A stretch of DNA of 58,665 bases, from the IMG/VR virus record IMGVR_UViG_3300036766_000466, positions 1 to 58,665 of that record; one strand, written 5' to 3'. Numbering within the stretch: position 1 is the first letter of the stretch; every line of letters starts with the position of its first letter. A program made the position numbers and the translations under genes. Shown piece after piece: positions 19,032 to 29,400 of the stretch. The notes beneath the pieces are model-generated. The model was not told the origin of the DNA and searched no databases. It saw only the letters and a list, made by a program, of their open reading frames with translations. The DNA comes from a virus (lineage: Duplodnaviria > Caudoviricetes).

Positions 19032-20053
19032 ACCGAAACCGTCGCCTTCCTAGCTTGCTTAGAAAACTGCGCTCTTTGAACCGCCTTATAAAATCTTTGT
19101 TTCGTGTTGGCGAGATTATAAAATTGGGCCTCTTTAAATGCGTTTTCAGCGACTTCTTCGTATTCGCTGACGTTTAATAAAAGCCTCTTTGCTGCCTCCG
19201 TCATTCCGCTAATGTCATACGGGGAGAACCAAAGCCATTCGGGATATAACCGCCTTTGCGTATGACTCTCTCGGCTTCCTATACATGGCGTGCCTGTGAT
19301 CGCGCAGGAGATATTCTCCCTGGCGGTTCCGATCCACTCGGTTGGGTAGAAGTGAACTCCCGATCTTCCGAGTAACCGAAGATAGGAATACTGAGACAGT
19401 TTTGACGTTGACTTGAATCCGATGTTAGGGAATAGGCTCTTAATCTCTGCCAGCTTCCCATCCCTGTCCACGTCAACCACGATCACATCCAGCCCGAGTT
19501 TGGCCGAACATGCGATGGCGATCAACGGATGGTTTGGATTGTTGTCTCCATAAACAACGGATAGATTTTGTCCCTTCTGAACGCGGTCAACCATGAACCG
19601 CCCATTTTCCATTTCAGCCCGGAGCGGGACGTGGATAAAAGAAACGATGGTTTCGGGCGTCACAAAGGATTTGTAGTATGAAACTTTATCCTCTTCTGCC
19701 GACGAAAGGATGTCGCACGCACGCCATGCGTCGTAATATATCTTTTGGAACCCATTGATTGAGTTATCGTAAAGTTGTGTTGATCCTTCAGGATAAAACA
19801 TAGAAACCGTATCTGTATCTTTTAGGAATCGGGCGATTGTAATAATGTCCGCGATGTGAGACGGGTGCCCTGACATCATAACAACATCAAAGTTTTTTAG
19901 AGCCCCCAAATCTTCTAGGATGCGCGTGTAGTTAAAGTGGTATCCCTTCCACACGTCCACCCAGTTCATAAAACTGGTGCCATCCCCCTCCTCAGGGTTA
20001 ATAATAAATTGATTACAGTGGCTTGGGTCGGCTGTGACTAGAGCGAATCTCAA
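19028..20053 (-). CDS. Divergent GT-B fold glycosyltransferase
   Basis: C-terminal GT-B-like region (ISCAITGTPCIGS, PYDISGMTEAAKRLL). Confidence 0.6.
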   Translation of the reverse strand: MRFALVTADPSHCNQFIINPEEGDGTSFMNWVDVWKGYHFNYTRILEDLGALKNFDVVMMSGHPSHIADIITIARFLKDTDTVSMFYPEGSTQLYDNSINGFQKIYYDAWRACDILSSAEEDKVSYYKSFVTPETIVSFIHVPLRAEMENGRFMVDRVQKGQNLSVVYGDNNPNHPLIAIACSAKLGLDVIVVDVDRDGKLAEIKSLFPNIGFKSTSKLSQYSYLRLLGRSGVHFYPTEWIGTARENISCAITGTPCIGSRESHTQRRLYPEWLWFSPYDISGMTEAAKRLLLNVSEYEEVAENAFKEAQFYNLANTKQRFYKAVQRAQFSKQARKATVSV

Positions 20054-20259
20054 ATCGTCACCTGTTGGACGATCCGATCCTTCGGAATGTGTTTATATGT
20101 TTTCATATCGAGGACTATCTTTCCGGAGGCGGAACTAAGGACTGGGTGACATCTAAAATCATTCCCACCATCCTCGAATATCTGCATGATGGTATTGTGG
20201 TCTTTAGGACTGCGGATGAAGTTTCCGACGGCGAGGGTTCCGATGCGGAGTTTAGACAA
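20050..20259 (-). CDS. Hypothetical protein
   Basis: 69 aa ORF overlapping both neighbours. Confidence 0.5.
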   Translation of the reverse strand: MSKLRIGTLAVGNFIRSPKDHNTIMQIFEDGGNDFRCHPVLSSASGKIVLDMKTYKHIPKDRIVQQVTI

Positions 20260-21049
20260 TTTCTTTTTCGCATTTCTGTTCTGACGTTTTAAGTTTCCAC
20301 AAGTTCGTGTCTATTCTTTCATCGTCTTTATGTAGCCACCAATGTTGCCAGTGCTCCTCCCCAGGGTGGATTTGGCGACTCCCGTCGTTGTTCTTTGCTT
20401 CGCTCTCGCGCACGACGCGCCGGTAAGAATCCAGAAATGTTTTATAAGGCTCGATGGTCGTATCGCGGTACTTCCACAACAGGTGCTTCATTTCTGCATA
20501 GGTACGGACACCATCGAATGTTTGAGCCACGTCGGTCTTTCGGTGCTCCATAAAATATTCGGACGGAAGATAGCACGACCGATGTCTACCGTGAAGCTCG
20601 GCATGTACAAGTTCGGTGTAGAAAATCCCCTGTCCTTTTCGGTGAAGCCGATTTTGAAAGTTCGGGCTTTCATCAGTCCCGTGCGGCATGAGGCGCGTAC
20701 CATCTCTGTATTCATGACGCATGACGGCATAGGCATCGTATTTATCGGAATCTGTAAACTCGTGCATCTTCTTTAGGAACGATTCCCCGAATCGCTCATC
20801 AGGATAAAACCACAAAAGCCAGTCGCCTTTGGCCGTGTGTGCCAGAAAGTCTTTGTACTGATCCCCGCAGATCAAGTGCGGCTTCTTATAAATCTCCTTC
20901 GTGAAATCATAAGCTATCTCGGCTGTGTTGTCGGTCGAATCCATATCCACGATGAGGATTTCGTCCACGTGCGGAGCGAGATTTTCTAAACACTCCTTGA
21001 TATCTTTCGCTTCATTCCATACAAACGAAACCGCGCTGATTTTTGACAC
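20252..21049 (-). CDS. GT2 family glycosyltransferase
   Basis: NEAKDIKECL...DEILIVDMDSTDNT...DER...VHAEL. Confidence 0.9.
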   Translation of the reverse strand: MSKISAVSFVWNEAKDIKECLENLAPHVDEILIVDMDSTDNTAEIAYDFTKEIYKKPHLICGDQYKDFLAHTAKGDWLLWFYPDERFGESFLKKMHEFTDSDKYDAYAVMRHEYRDGTRLMPHGTDESPNFQNRLHRKGQGIFYTELVHAELHGRHRSCYLPSEYFMEHRKTDVAQTFDGVRTYAEMKHLLWKYRDTTIEPYKTFLDSYRRVVRESEAKNNDGSRQIHPGEEHWQHWWLHKDDERIDTNLWKLKTSEQKCEKEIV

Positions 21050-21052
21050 CTA

Positions 21053-21574
21053 TTAATCCTCCAATCCAATGTTGATTAAATCTGCGACGATTCCAAACGC
21101 CGCCTCGCAGACTTTATAGTCTTTACTTTTTACGTGGACGCAAACATCTGCCGTGTCTTTCATAAATCCACCGGCCGTCCCGACAATGGCTATTTTTTTA
21201 TTGGTCATGTGGTTAAAAATAAGCGAATAGTTTGATGATTTCCCGCTACAGCTGAACGCAATGATGAGGTCTTCCGGCTGGATCAGCTTCGAAAGCGGGC
21301 CAAAGAATGCTTCCGAGAATCCGTTGTCGTTGGCATACGCTGTCAGAACCGACGGGTCATTTAAGCATTGGGCCCGGACGCCATGGGTCTTTAGAATATC
21401 CTGAGCGAAATGTTGCGCGATGGCAAGAGACCCTCCGTTACCCAATACCCAAATCCGGCCGTTGGTTTCCTTGGCCACGCGAACGGCATTCACGGCCTCT
21501 TGGATACTGTCCTCCTCTTCCTGTAAAGCCGAGAGGACGGTTGCGACGTAAATCTCAAGCCCTGGCTTCGACAT
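21053..21574 (-). CDS. gmhA: Phosphoheptose isomerase-like SIS protein
   Basis: GNGGS..IAQHF, TAYANDNGF, SCSGKS; start at MSKPG with GGAGG SD. Confidence 0.8.
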   Translation of the reverse strand: MSKPGLEIYVATVLSALQEEEDSIQEAVNAVRVAKETNGRIWVLGNGGSLAIAQHFAQDILKTHGVRAQCLNDPSVLTAYANDNGFSEAFFGPLSKLIQPEDLIIAFSCSGKSSNYSLIFNHMTNKKIAIVGTAGGFMKDTADVCVHVKSKDYKVCEAAFGIVADLINIGLED

Positions 21575-22592
21575 GTTCCTCCGCGCTATCAAATATCACC
21601 TCGACACCTTTTTTATCGAATCCGAATTTAAGTTCATTCAGTTCGGACAACTCTCTACGCACGTCATCTTGCATGACCTTGGGAACCAGGAGATAAAGAA
21701 ATCCGCCACCACCGGCCCCGCACACCTTCGCCGCAGTCGCGCCGGATTTGTATGCCCTCTGAATTATCGCATCGATCTCCGGGTTCGTAATATCATCGTG
21801 AAGACTTCTTTTCAAACGCCAATTCTCGTTTATGTGATCCATAAAACGCTCAGGGACGGCATAAGTCATGTTTTCCCAGAGCCTGAAAGCATTGTCGCGC
21901 TGAAGAGTGTGCGTGTTTTTGTTCTGTTCCATCTCCTCGATCTGATCCTTTAAGACTTTCTGAATAAAATGGCCCCCGCCCTCGTGGTATGCGTGTTCCA
22001 TATCGAGATAAAAAAGCATTGATTGACCCTCAATCTCGGATATGAAATCGCTGTCCTCGAAGCTCTCCCCTTCGACTGTTCCATCTTGCATAAATTTTAT
22101 TCTATTGAGACCGCCAATCGCGGAAGCATAATGGTCTTGTTTTCCTATCGGTGATCCGACTTTTTTTATTTCAATATTGGATGCTGTCTCCGCAAGTGAT
22201 TTTCTGTAAAGGTATGTGTTGCTTGCGTGGACGCCGGTGAATCGATCCATGGCCGCGCATAGGGCCACGGCGAGTGCGGATGACGCCCCAAGTCCTGAAC
22301 CTTTGGCCGGGACTTCGCTGATAATAACAATCTCAATGCCGTGGATTACTCCATAAAATTTTAGAATCTCCCGGATGAGCGGATGCTTCAATTCGCGCAC
22401 AGTGTCCGCGTTTTCGTGAATCCGATATCGAACCGAAACCTTCCCGTCAAACTTTTGGTTCACTGTCACGTACATATGCCGGTTGATAGAGGTTGAGACG
22501 ACAACCCCCGGGCCATATTTTTCGTAGAAGGCCGGAAGGTCAGTACCGCCTCCGGCGAAAGAAATTCGAAAAGGGCTTCTAGCTACGATCAT
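21555..22592 (-). CDS. hddA: D-glycero-alpha-D-manno-heptose-7-phosphate kinase (GHMP family)
   Basis: RISFAGGGTD, GSGLGASS, GKQDHYA, GAGGGG. Confidence 0.9.
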   Translation of the reverse strand: MIVARSPFRISFAGGGTDLPAFYEKYGPGVVVSTSINRHMYVTVNQKFDGKVSVRYRIHENADTVRELKHPLIREILKFYGVIHGIEIVIISEVPAKGSGLGASSALAVALCAAMDRFTGVHASNTYLYRKSLAETASNIEIKKVGSPIGKQDHYASAIGGLNRIKFMQDGTVEGESFEDSDFISEIEGQSMLFYLDMEHAYHEGGGHFIQKVLKDQIEEMEQNKNTHTLQRDNAFRLWENMTYAVPERFMDHINENWRLKRSLHDDITNPEIDAIIQRAYKSGATAAKVCGAGGGGFLYLLVPKVMQDDVRRELSELNELKFGFDKKGVEVIFDSAEEHVEARA

Positions 22593-23236
22593 TGTTTGTC
22601 TCCTTTTTTGACGTAGACAAGCGCGATATCTTTACTGGCTCCGGTTCCTAATATCTCATGGTGGGCGAGGTGAGCCGTTCCAAAAAAATCAATCCACTCC
22701 GTCGCCGTCGCAAATCTCTCATTCGTGACCTGGTTTTCCTCCTGCCTTAGTTGGCCAAGGCAGTCATCAAAGACCAAAGGAACCAGCACAAGAAGTGATC
22801 CACCTGGCTTTAGGAGGGCCAATAGGCAATCAAACGCCTTCTTCGGGTTCATCGTATGCTCCAGGACGCCAAGCGTTGAGATGTAATCGAACACAGGCTT
22901 GTCCCCAAACACCTCATTTGCCGTCTCTAGGTCGCCGCACACAATGGTCGCGTTCTGGCCGCTAAAGCGGGCCTTCGCTAGGCGCACGGCGGCGTCGGAG
23001 GCGTCTATGCCGTACCTGACCATAAATGCCGGCAAATAGGCCAGAAACTCCCCATTCCCACACCCTGCGTCAAGGATTGAAGCCCCATCGGAAAAGGTGC
23101 CCCCAAAATCCTCCAATAGATCTGCGTACGGCCGCCGGTCGTTATTTGAGAAAGTCCCATAACCAGATGATGAATACTTTTCATTGTAAAATGCCCCAAC
23201 GTCTTTATGGCTTCCTGCGCGTTTGTGCTCGATCAT
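22589..23236 (-). CDS. Class I SAM-dependent methyltransferase
   Basis: ILDAGCGNG, GIDAS, VLEH, LKPGG. Confidence 0.9.
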   Translation of the reverse strand: MIEHKRAGSHKDVGAFYNEKYSSSGYGTFSNNDRRPYADLLEDFGGTFSDGASILDAGCGNGEFLAYLPAFMVRYGIDASDAAVRLAKARFSGQNATIVCGDLETANEVFGDKPVFDYISTLGVLEHTMNPKKAFDCLLALLKPGGSLLVLVPLVFDDCLGQLRQEENQVTNERFATATEWIDFFGTAHLAHHEILGTGASKDIALVYVKKGDKQ

Positions 23237-23385
23237 GCCCCGAACCCTATTCCGCTGTCTTTTGTCTGATGGTCTTTTTTATAAATATCCTTGCATTTTT
23301 CGCTACAAAAATCGACTCTGTATTTCTTCGGGTCAAAATCCGCGTCATAACTTTCAAAACAACGGGAGCATATTTTTCGTGTCAT
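23233..23385 (-). CDS. 50 aa zinc-finger microprotein (not in ORF track)
   Basis: MTRKICSRC...FCSEKC; ATGA overlaps at both ends. Confidence 0.6.
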   Translation of the reverse strand: MTRKICSRCFESYDADFDPKKYRVDFCSEKCKDIYKKDHQTKDSGIGFGA

Positions 23386-23425
23386 GTGACGCTCGATGAT
23401 TTCGTGCACTGGCTACAGTGTTTGG

Positions 23426-24124
23426 TCATTTTAATATACCCATTGCTTTTAAATCTTTTCCTTCTAAGAGCATCATCGGATATATTTTAGATGCTTGATT
23501 GAATTTTATTTTCGCATCATTTCGCCAGTAGCCTTTAATCTCTACATACACATTAAGGTCAATAAGGTAGAAATCTGGAAAATAAATACCATATGGTATC
23601 TCTAGCATTGGCTCATATTGCCAGATGATTTTCTGTTCATCCAAATATTTTGCGAATTTTGCTTCCCAGCTTGATCTGAATGACATTCCATTATAGTTAG
23701 TCCTATGGCCATAGTTAAATTTTATAAAGAACTTATTGCCAAGTTTCTTAATATAATTAACTCTTGATTTTGACATCTTTTCTTTTGTGCTCTTTGATGC
23801 CTTCAATCCTCTATGAGAGATTCTCAATTTTTCTCTAACTTCATAAGATACAGGATGTCCCATTGCCGACGTTGACATTTTTTTTCTAGTCTCTATTGAA
23901 TGCACCCAGCCAGTGTGATTTTTAAGGATATCCGATATTTTTTTCTTAGTTTCAAAAGAATGATGTTTTCCTTGCATTGGATTAATAATTTGTCTAGCTC
24001 TGGCTTGTTTTATTTTATCAATAGTATCTTGAGAGTGTATTTTACCGAACATAGGATTTAAAGAACCCGCCCTCCCAAACATTCCATTTTTGCATCCGAG
24101 CCTTGCAAATTTTGAATTCTTCAT
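23426..24124 (-). CDS. NUMOD3-repeat homing endonuclease with PD-(D/E)XK domain
   Basis: Repeated H S.ET(K/R)KKIS units, then RSSWE...YEP...PDFY...EIKG; AT-rich; ATGA overlap. Confidence 0.85.
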   Translation of the reverse strand: MKNSKFARLGCKNGMFGRAGSLNPMFGKIHSQDTIDKIKQARARQIINPMQGKHHSFETKKKISDILKNHTGWVHSIETRKKMSTSAMGHPVSYEVREKLRISHRGLKASKSTKEKMSKSRVNYIKKLGNKFFIKFNYGHRTNYNGMSFRSSWEAKFAKYLDEQKIIWQYEPMLEIPYGIYFPDFYLIDLNVYVEIKGYWRNDAKIKFNQASKIYPMMLLEGKDLKAMGILK

Positions 24125-24648
24125 TTTATACATTCCATTACTAAATGATTTTCTTCAGGATCACGCCACTGTCTTCCGGTCATATGGATCGTTGAAAAAT
24201 CCCACTTCGGATCACTCAAAAATTTAGTCAATCTTTGCTCTGACCAGCCCCATTTATGATACATGCCCGGCCCATCTTGCCCGCCAAACAGTGAATGCAT
24301 TATCCATTTTTCGTCTCTATGGGGGTCGAGTTTAAGTCCCGTGTTGCGATCCTCGCCTGTGAGATAGGCGTGGATGAACCAGTCGAAGTCCGGGGCGTCA
24401 AACTTGAATATGCCTCCGCGTCGAAGGACTCTTGAAATTTCAAGCAACGCTTCTTGAATTTCAAAATAACCAAAGTGTTCAAACACCCCGAACATAAGGA
24501 CACTGTCAAATTCACCATCAGGAAAAGGCAGCTTCCGAGCATCACAAACAACGTCGATAAAATGGCGGTTAGTATCATCCACGTAAGCGTCAGTGTGAAT
24601 ATACCCAGGCTGAGGGTTGTTTCCTGAACCAATCTCCAATGATGGCAT
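24121..24648 (-). CDS. Methyltransferase (Methyltransf_11-like)
   Basis: LEIGSG, DARKLPF, FEH, RVLRRGG, PD. Confidence 0.85.
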   Translation of the reverse strand: MPSLEIGSGNNPQPGYIHTDAYVDDTNRHFIDVVCDARKLPFPDGEFDSVLMFGVFEHFGYFEIQEALLEISRVLRRGGIFKFDAPDFDWFIHAYLTGEDRNTGLKLDPHRDEKWIMHSLFGGQDGPGMYHKWGWSEQRLTKFLSDPKWDFSTIHMTGRQWRDPEENHLVMECIK

Positions 24649-24649
24649 T

Positions 24650-25267
24650 TCATTTCACTGCTTCTAAATACCAACTCATCACTGGGCGATTATCCAATGA
24701 ATGCTCATAATCTCCAAAAAATTCTGGGAATTCTGTATTTGTATACGCCATTTCAGTGATTTTAGAAAATCCTGCGCGGACTAAAAAAATCTGAACCATA
24801 TCAATCGATGGCGCGAGTAGATGGTCATAATGATCCGAATAGAACATATCCGCGAAGGCGAGTGCCGGATTATCATCATACCCATACAGTTTCCTATTGT
24901 CCGGCCCGTAGCAGTCGTTTATGAAATTCTTATTTTTAGCCTGCCAATTCCGAAAGAATATCCGAGGGTCAGGGCAGATGATCCGCATGGGCGCACCTGG
25001 CTTCAGCACCCGGTAACACTCCTCGTACACCTTCCGTTGTTTGATGTGTTCAATATGTTCAAAGATGTGAGAGGCAAAGATGCAGTCAGCTACCTCACGC
25101 GGAAGAGGCCAGGTTTCTCGAAGATCGAATTTATGATAGACGGACGGCGGTGCCCATTCCGGAAGTCCAGGCGTGTAAGCATCATCAACACATTCCCAGT
25201 CATTGCCTGCGAATGGAGATCCTCCTACATTTCCTGAGCCGATGTTGAGTTTTCTTAAACTTGACAT
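24650..25267 (-). CDS. Methyltransferase (Methyltransf_11-like)
   Basis: LNIGSG, SHIFEH, RVLKPG, CPD. Confidence 0.85.
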   Translation of the reverse strand: MSSLRKLNIGSGNVGGSPFAGNDWECVDDAYTPGLPEWAPPSVYHKFDLRETWPLPREVADCIFASHIFEHIEHIKQRKVYEECYRVLKPGAPMRIICPDPRIFFRNWQAKNKNFINDCYGPDNRKLYGYDDNPALAFADMFYSDHYDHLLAPSIDMVQIFLVRAGFSKITEMAYTNTEFPEFFGDYEHSLDNRPVMSWYLEAVK

Positions 25268-25289
25268 GATATTGACCTTAATTTATAAT
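25261..25289 (+). promoter_or_regulatory. Perfect consensus sigma70 promoter TTGACA-17-TATAAT
   Basis: TTGACA 25261-25266, TATAAT 25284-25289, ATG at 25296. Confidence 0.8.
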
Positions 25290-25295
25290 ATTCTA

Positions 25296-25703
25296 ATGTT
25301 AAGTCATAAAGAAATACTACGGCGCAAAAGATTAAGAACCCACCCATCACATTTAGGAATCCCACATTCTGAAAAAACAAAACGCATACTATCTGAAAAA
25401 GCAAAATTACGGACAGGCATAAACTCAACTCACTGGCACGGAGGAAGAATGATGATAGGTGGCTATTGGTATATTCTTTCGCCTGGCCATCCAAATAAAA
25501 CTCAGATGGGTTATGTCGCTGAGCATCGGTTAATGATTGAAAAAAAGATAGGGCGTTTTTTAACAGCTCAAGAAGTTGTCCACCATATAAACGGAATAAA
25601 GACTGACAACTTAGAATCCAATCTAGTAATGTGTCAATCACAAAGCGAACACGCCAACCACCACAATAAACCAAGAAATAAAAAAGGTCGGTTTTACTGT
25701 TAA
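25296..25703 (+). CDS. HNH homing endonuclease with NUMOD3-like motif (only convincing plus-strand gene)
   Basis: HSEKTKRILS; GYVAEHRL...EVVHHINGIKTDN..NL...EH..HH. Confidence 0.9.
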   Translation: MLSHKEILRRKRLRTHPSHLGIPHSEKTKRILSEKAKLRTGINSTHWHGGRMMIGGYWYILSPGHPNKTQMGYVAEHRLMIEKKIGRFLTAQEVVHHINGIKTDNLESNLVMCQSQSEHANHHNKPRNKKGRFYC

Positions 25704-25706
25704 TTT

Positions 25707-26828
25707 TTAGCATGACAGCACCACTGGAACCTCCCACGTAAATTCTGGTTCGTTTCGTCCAAAATGCCCGAACGCCGCGGTCTTCTGGTAGATGGGCCTC
25801 AAAAGGTCAAGCGAGGTAATAATGCCCTTCGGGGTTAAATCGAATGCCTTATGGACGGCCTTCTCGATGTCTCCGATTGGCACCGTTTCTGTTCCGTATG
25901 TCTCGATGGCAACGGAAACGGGCTCCGCGACTCCAATCGCATAGGCGATCTGGATCTCGCACTTTGATGCCGCGCCGGAGGCCACAACGCTCTTTGCGAT
26001 GCGCCTGGCGACGTAGGCGGCTGATCGGTCAACCTTTGATGGGTCTTTTCCGGAGAAGGCTCCTCCGCCGTGGTTTGCAGCCCCGCCGTAGGTGTCACAG
26101 ATAATCTTGCGCCCGGTCAGCCCAGTGTCTGCCTGTGGGCCCCCAACCTCAAACCGTCCGGTAGGGTTCACGAGGATTTTCATTTCTCCTGACAATTCCT
26201 GTGGGATTTGATTACGAACGAGGGTCTCAATTTCAGCCCGCATATCGCCCATAACAACGTCTGTCGCGTGATGAGCACTAACAACGACCGTTCGTACTGC
26301 CACTGGTTTCCCGTCCCTATATTCGACAGTTACCTGGCTCTTCCCATCCGGCCGCAGATAGTCGATAACGCCACTTTTTCGGCTCTCAGATAGGGCCCGC
26401 GTGATCCGATGGGCCAGCGTGATAGCTAAGGGCATAAGCTCCGGAGTCTCATCACAGGCGTACCCAAACATCATGCCCTGATCGCCCGCGCCACCGGTGT
26501 CCACGCCCATTGAAATGTCTGGGGACTGCCTTTGGATCGACGAGAGAATTCCACAGGTCTTCCCGTCAAAAATCCCCCCTTGGCCGTTGTAGCCGATATC
26601 TTTCAAGACCCCGCGCACAAGGTCAGCGACATCAACGTATGCCTTCGTTGTCATCTCGCCCGACACAACCACAAGTCCGTTTGTAACAAGAGTCTCGCAC
26701 GCAACTCGTGACAGTTTGTCTTGGGTTAGCGCGGCATCAAGTACCGCATCTGAAATTTGGTCGGCAACCTTATCTGGGTGTCCTTCGGTGACACTTTCGG
26801 ACGTGAACAGGCAATTCTTTCTTAGCAT
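25707..26828 (-). CDS. metK: S-adenosylmethionine synthetase
   Basis: [40 protein letters not shown]. Confidence 0.98.
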   Translation of the reverse strand: MLRKNCLFTSESVTEGHPDKVADQISDAVLDAALTQDKLSRVACETLVTNGLVVVSGEMTTKAYVDVADLVRGVLKDIGYNGQGGIFDGKTCGILSSIQRQSPDISMGVDTGGAGDQGMMFGYACDETPELMPLAITLAHRITRALSESRKSGVIDYLRPDGKSQVTVEYRDGKPVAVRTVVVSAHHATDVVMGDMRAEIETLVRNQIPQELSGEMKILVNPTGRFEVGGPQADTGLTGRKIICDTYGGAANHGGGAFSGKDPSKVDRSAAYVARRIAKSVVASGAASKCEIQIAYAIGVAEPVSVAIETYGTETVPIGDIEKAVHKAFDLTPKGIITSLDLLRPIYQKTAAFGHFGRNEPEFTWEVPVVLSC

Positions 26829-28228
26829 ACGATGGGTTCTTTCTGTTTATTGCGTACAAGTTCTCCGCCAAGACGGTCAAGTCCTTGATGGCTTGTGATA
26901 GCGACGTGCTTTTCCATGTGTTCGATCCGCCAATATTCTTTTTTGTTGATGTAGCCCTTCGTGATTTCAAATATTCGGTTGTGTGTCTTTCTCCCAAAAT
27001 CGATATTGATTAGCACGCGCACTAGACTATACAACCACGGCCACCGGACAACAGCAGACCAGTATTTTTGCAGACGCTCGATCTGTTTTTTTCCTTTGAT
27101 CGGAAGCGACCCTTCATCAAAAAAAGTCGAGTTTACAAGAGGCATCAAGTCTTCCTCTGATTTTACAAGACCCATTTTAACGACCCGCTTTGCTATTGCT
27201 GTACCTGGGTACGCTTGAAGAATGCTACACCATGAGAGCGTCGGTTTCATTTTCATATTAAATCTCAACGTTTCGAGTGCATCCGCGAGCGGGTCTTTAA
27301 CAGGGATCCCAAGCATGTTCTGCATGCGAAATTTAATTTTATATTTATGGAGCAACCGGCATCCAGCCTCAATAATCGCGTTTGGTTCTTCGCGGTCTAA
27401 AAACTCTCGACGTGTTTGTTCATTCCCGCTTTCGATGGCAAAGCTGACGATATGAATACCGGCTTCTTTAAGCAACTTGACCCTATCCTCAGTGATGAGC
27501 CGGGGACGGAGTTGTGCAAAGAAAGGTATTCGGACACGTTTGTAGAGACGGGTAAACTTCTCAAGCCACTGAAGGTCGATTCCAAAGATATCATCTTGAA
27601 AAGAAACAAGCTGTCCTCCGTAGTCATGAAATGTCCTTTCAATGTCCTCGATCAACCATTCCGGAGAGTGATATCTGAGCCGCTTCTCCTTCACCATATT
27701 CTGCCAATTGGTATTGGAGTTAAAACAATACTCGCATTTATAAGGGCACCCCTGGCAAGCAATGAAATTTCGGATGACGTTATCTCTGACCCCAGGAAAC
27801 TCATCATTGTAGAGTAGCAATCTGTCCGGGTGCGCCCGCGAGTCCAGGTCATCAATCGGAACGAAGTCAATCCACGGCTTCCCCTCAATGGCATGGAGAA
27901 CCGCCTCTTCAGCATCCCCCCGAATAATGATATCGGCGAAGTCCTGCTTTGACTTTGAAAAGTAAAGAAAGTGCGGCCCCCCGAATATCGTCTTGACGTG
28001 TGGGTATTTATTCTTGACCGCTCTCGCAACCGCCCCCCACCTATCTTGATCTCCTGTGAGGACTTGGAATGCCACAAAGTCCGGTTTCCACGTGGAAACA
28101 AAGCTCATTGTATTTTTTTCTTGGCAGGCTTTTGTTCGATGACCGGCACGGAGGAGGGACGCGCTCACATATTCGAGGCCAAGCGGCTCATGTGATGTGC
28201 CATCGTGAGTGATAAAAAGAATCTTCAT
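26822..28228 (-). CDS. Cobalamin-binding radical SAM protein (class B methyltransferase-like)
   Basis: EPLGL, PDFVAF, FGGPH B12 domain; GCPYKCEYC; DDIF; AIESG. Confidence 0.92.
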   Translation of the reverse strand: MKILFITHDGTSHEPLGLEYVSASLLRAGHRTKACQEKNTMSFVSTWKPDFVAFQVLTGDQDRWGAVARAVKNKYPHVKTIFGGPHFLYFSKSKQDFADIIIRGDAEEAVLHAIEGKPWIDFVPIDDLDSRAHPDRLLLYNDEFPGVRDNVIRNFIACQGCPYKCEYCFNSNTNWQNMVKEKRLRYHSPEWLIEDIERTFHDYGGQLVSFQDDIFGIDLQWLEKFTRLYKRVRIPFFAQLRPRLITEDRVKLLKEAGIHIVSFAIESGNEQTRREFLDREEPNAIIEAGCRLLHKYKIKFRMQNMLGIPVKDPLADALETLRFNMKMKPTLSWCSILQAYPGTAIAKRVVKMGLVKSEEDLMPLVNSTFFDEGSLPIKGKKQIERLQKYWSAVVRWPWLYSLVRVLINIDFGRKTHNRIFEITKGYINKKEYWRIEHMEKHVAITSHQGLDRLGGELVRNKQKEPIVC

Positions 28229-28238
28229 TAAAACCCTT

Positions 28239-28490
28239 TTAGTGGGTGATAAAAATCAAAGCCTTTGAAAAGAATTGAACGACTACAGGCAAAATAAGCA
28301 GAATTATTATCGCGCCGCATCCCTGGAGAAACGCCTGCCATCTTTCTATCTTTCCAACGCGCCCGTTTTGAACACCAACTTTTGTATCTAAATTGCTCAC
28401 CGTTGTTCTTGTATCAGAGGCAAGTTGGCTTATCTTTCCAAGTTCGATCAAAACCATTTCTATGCTTGCCGTTCGACGCTCTTCGGACAA
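28239..28490 (-). CDS. Small coiled-coil/TM protein (XhlA/holin-like)
   Basis: QNGRVGKIERW followed by a C-terminal TM helix. Confidence 0.6.
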   Translation of the reverse strand: MSEERRTASIEMVLIELGKISQLASDTRTTVSNLDTKVGVQNGRVGKIERWQAFLQGCGAIIILLILPVVVQFFSKALIFITH

Positions 28491-28491
28491 T

Positions 28492-29400
28492 TCAAACCCC
28501 CGTTGGTATCGGCTTTTTCCAAGTTTCTAGTATTGGTTCGAGCTTACTAAGGACATCTTGGACTGAAATCTTGGTGTTGCAGTTGACCTCATGGCGGCAG
28601 TTCGCATGGCACCGGATCACCTGGCAGTCGGCATACCCTGTTTCTTTTGCAAACAGGTGAATCACTCGATTTGATATTGGCCCGGACGTAAGAGGATTCG
28701 TAGACCCTTGAATCACGATTGTAGGCGTCTTCATGGCGTCCGCGATATAGCTCACTCCTGAATCAAGCCCCACAAAGGCCGCCGTCTGCGATAGAAAGGC
28801 CGCCAGTTCGAGGAAGGTCATCTTTCCGCATAGATCGACGGCTCCCTTCACTTTCTTGTCGTCTCGGCCCCCAACCTGGACGACCCCATAACCGGCCACT
28901 CTCAGCTCTTCGACCAGTCGATCGAAGTAAGGCCAGTCCTTTGATTCAACACCGGACGTGGTGTGAATGGCCACGCGAGGGACATCTAGGGTTATGTGCT
29001 CCGATGCCTTTAAAAAATCAGCATCCGTTGGAAACAGGTAGCACTCGCGCTCGGTAATTGGCCTGTGTCGTCCCATGCGCATCCAGTAAAAATCCAAAAG
29101 GTTCTGGTGGCGCGTCTCCTCGATCTGGTGCCAGGCGTTACACTCTCGCCTTTGTTGGATGGGACAAAACACTTTGTCGTATTCGCCTGACGCCATCTGC
29201 ATAAAAAGAAGATTCGGGTTCCAATCATCAGGGGCGTGTATCTCAAAAACTTCTGGGTTATTGGAAAAAAGCTCGCCATACATTTTGTTTGTGAACACGT
29301 GAATTTCTGAATCGGGATAGTCTTTTTTTAGCTCTCGGACGAGAGTCGTCCCGATCAAAACATCCCCGAGCGTCTTGAGCATGCAAAACATTATTTTCAC
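28492..29400 (-). CDS. GT9 family heptosyltransferase
   Basis: LGDVL, K.WP, DLCGK..LELAA, DSG, PTIVI motifs of WaaC/WaaF-type enzymes. Confidence 0.9.
   Translation of the reverse strand: MKIMFCMLKTLGDVLIGTTLVRELKKDYPDSEIHVFTNKMYGELFSNNPEVFEIHAPDDWNPNLLFMQMASGEYDKVFCPIQQRRECNAWHQIEETRHQNLLDFYWMRMGRHRPITERECYLFPTDADFLKASEHITLDVPRVAIHTTSGVESKDWPYFDRLVEELRVAGYGVVQVGGRDDKKVKGAVDLCGKMTFLELAAFLSQTAAFVGLDSGVSYIADAMKTPTIVIQGSTNPLTSGPISNRVIHLFAKETGYADCQVIRCHANCRHEVNCNTKISVQDVLSKLEPILETWKKPIPTGV

Noticed and set aside
23426-25703. Group I introns around the homing endonucleases
   Set aside because: Flanking genes look complete and the nucleases abut them with no room for a ribozyme core
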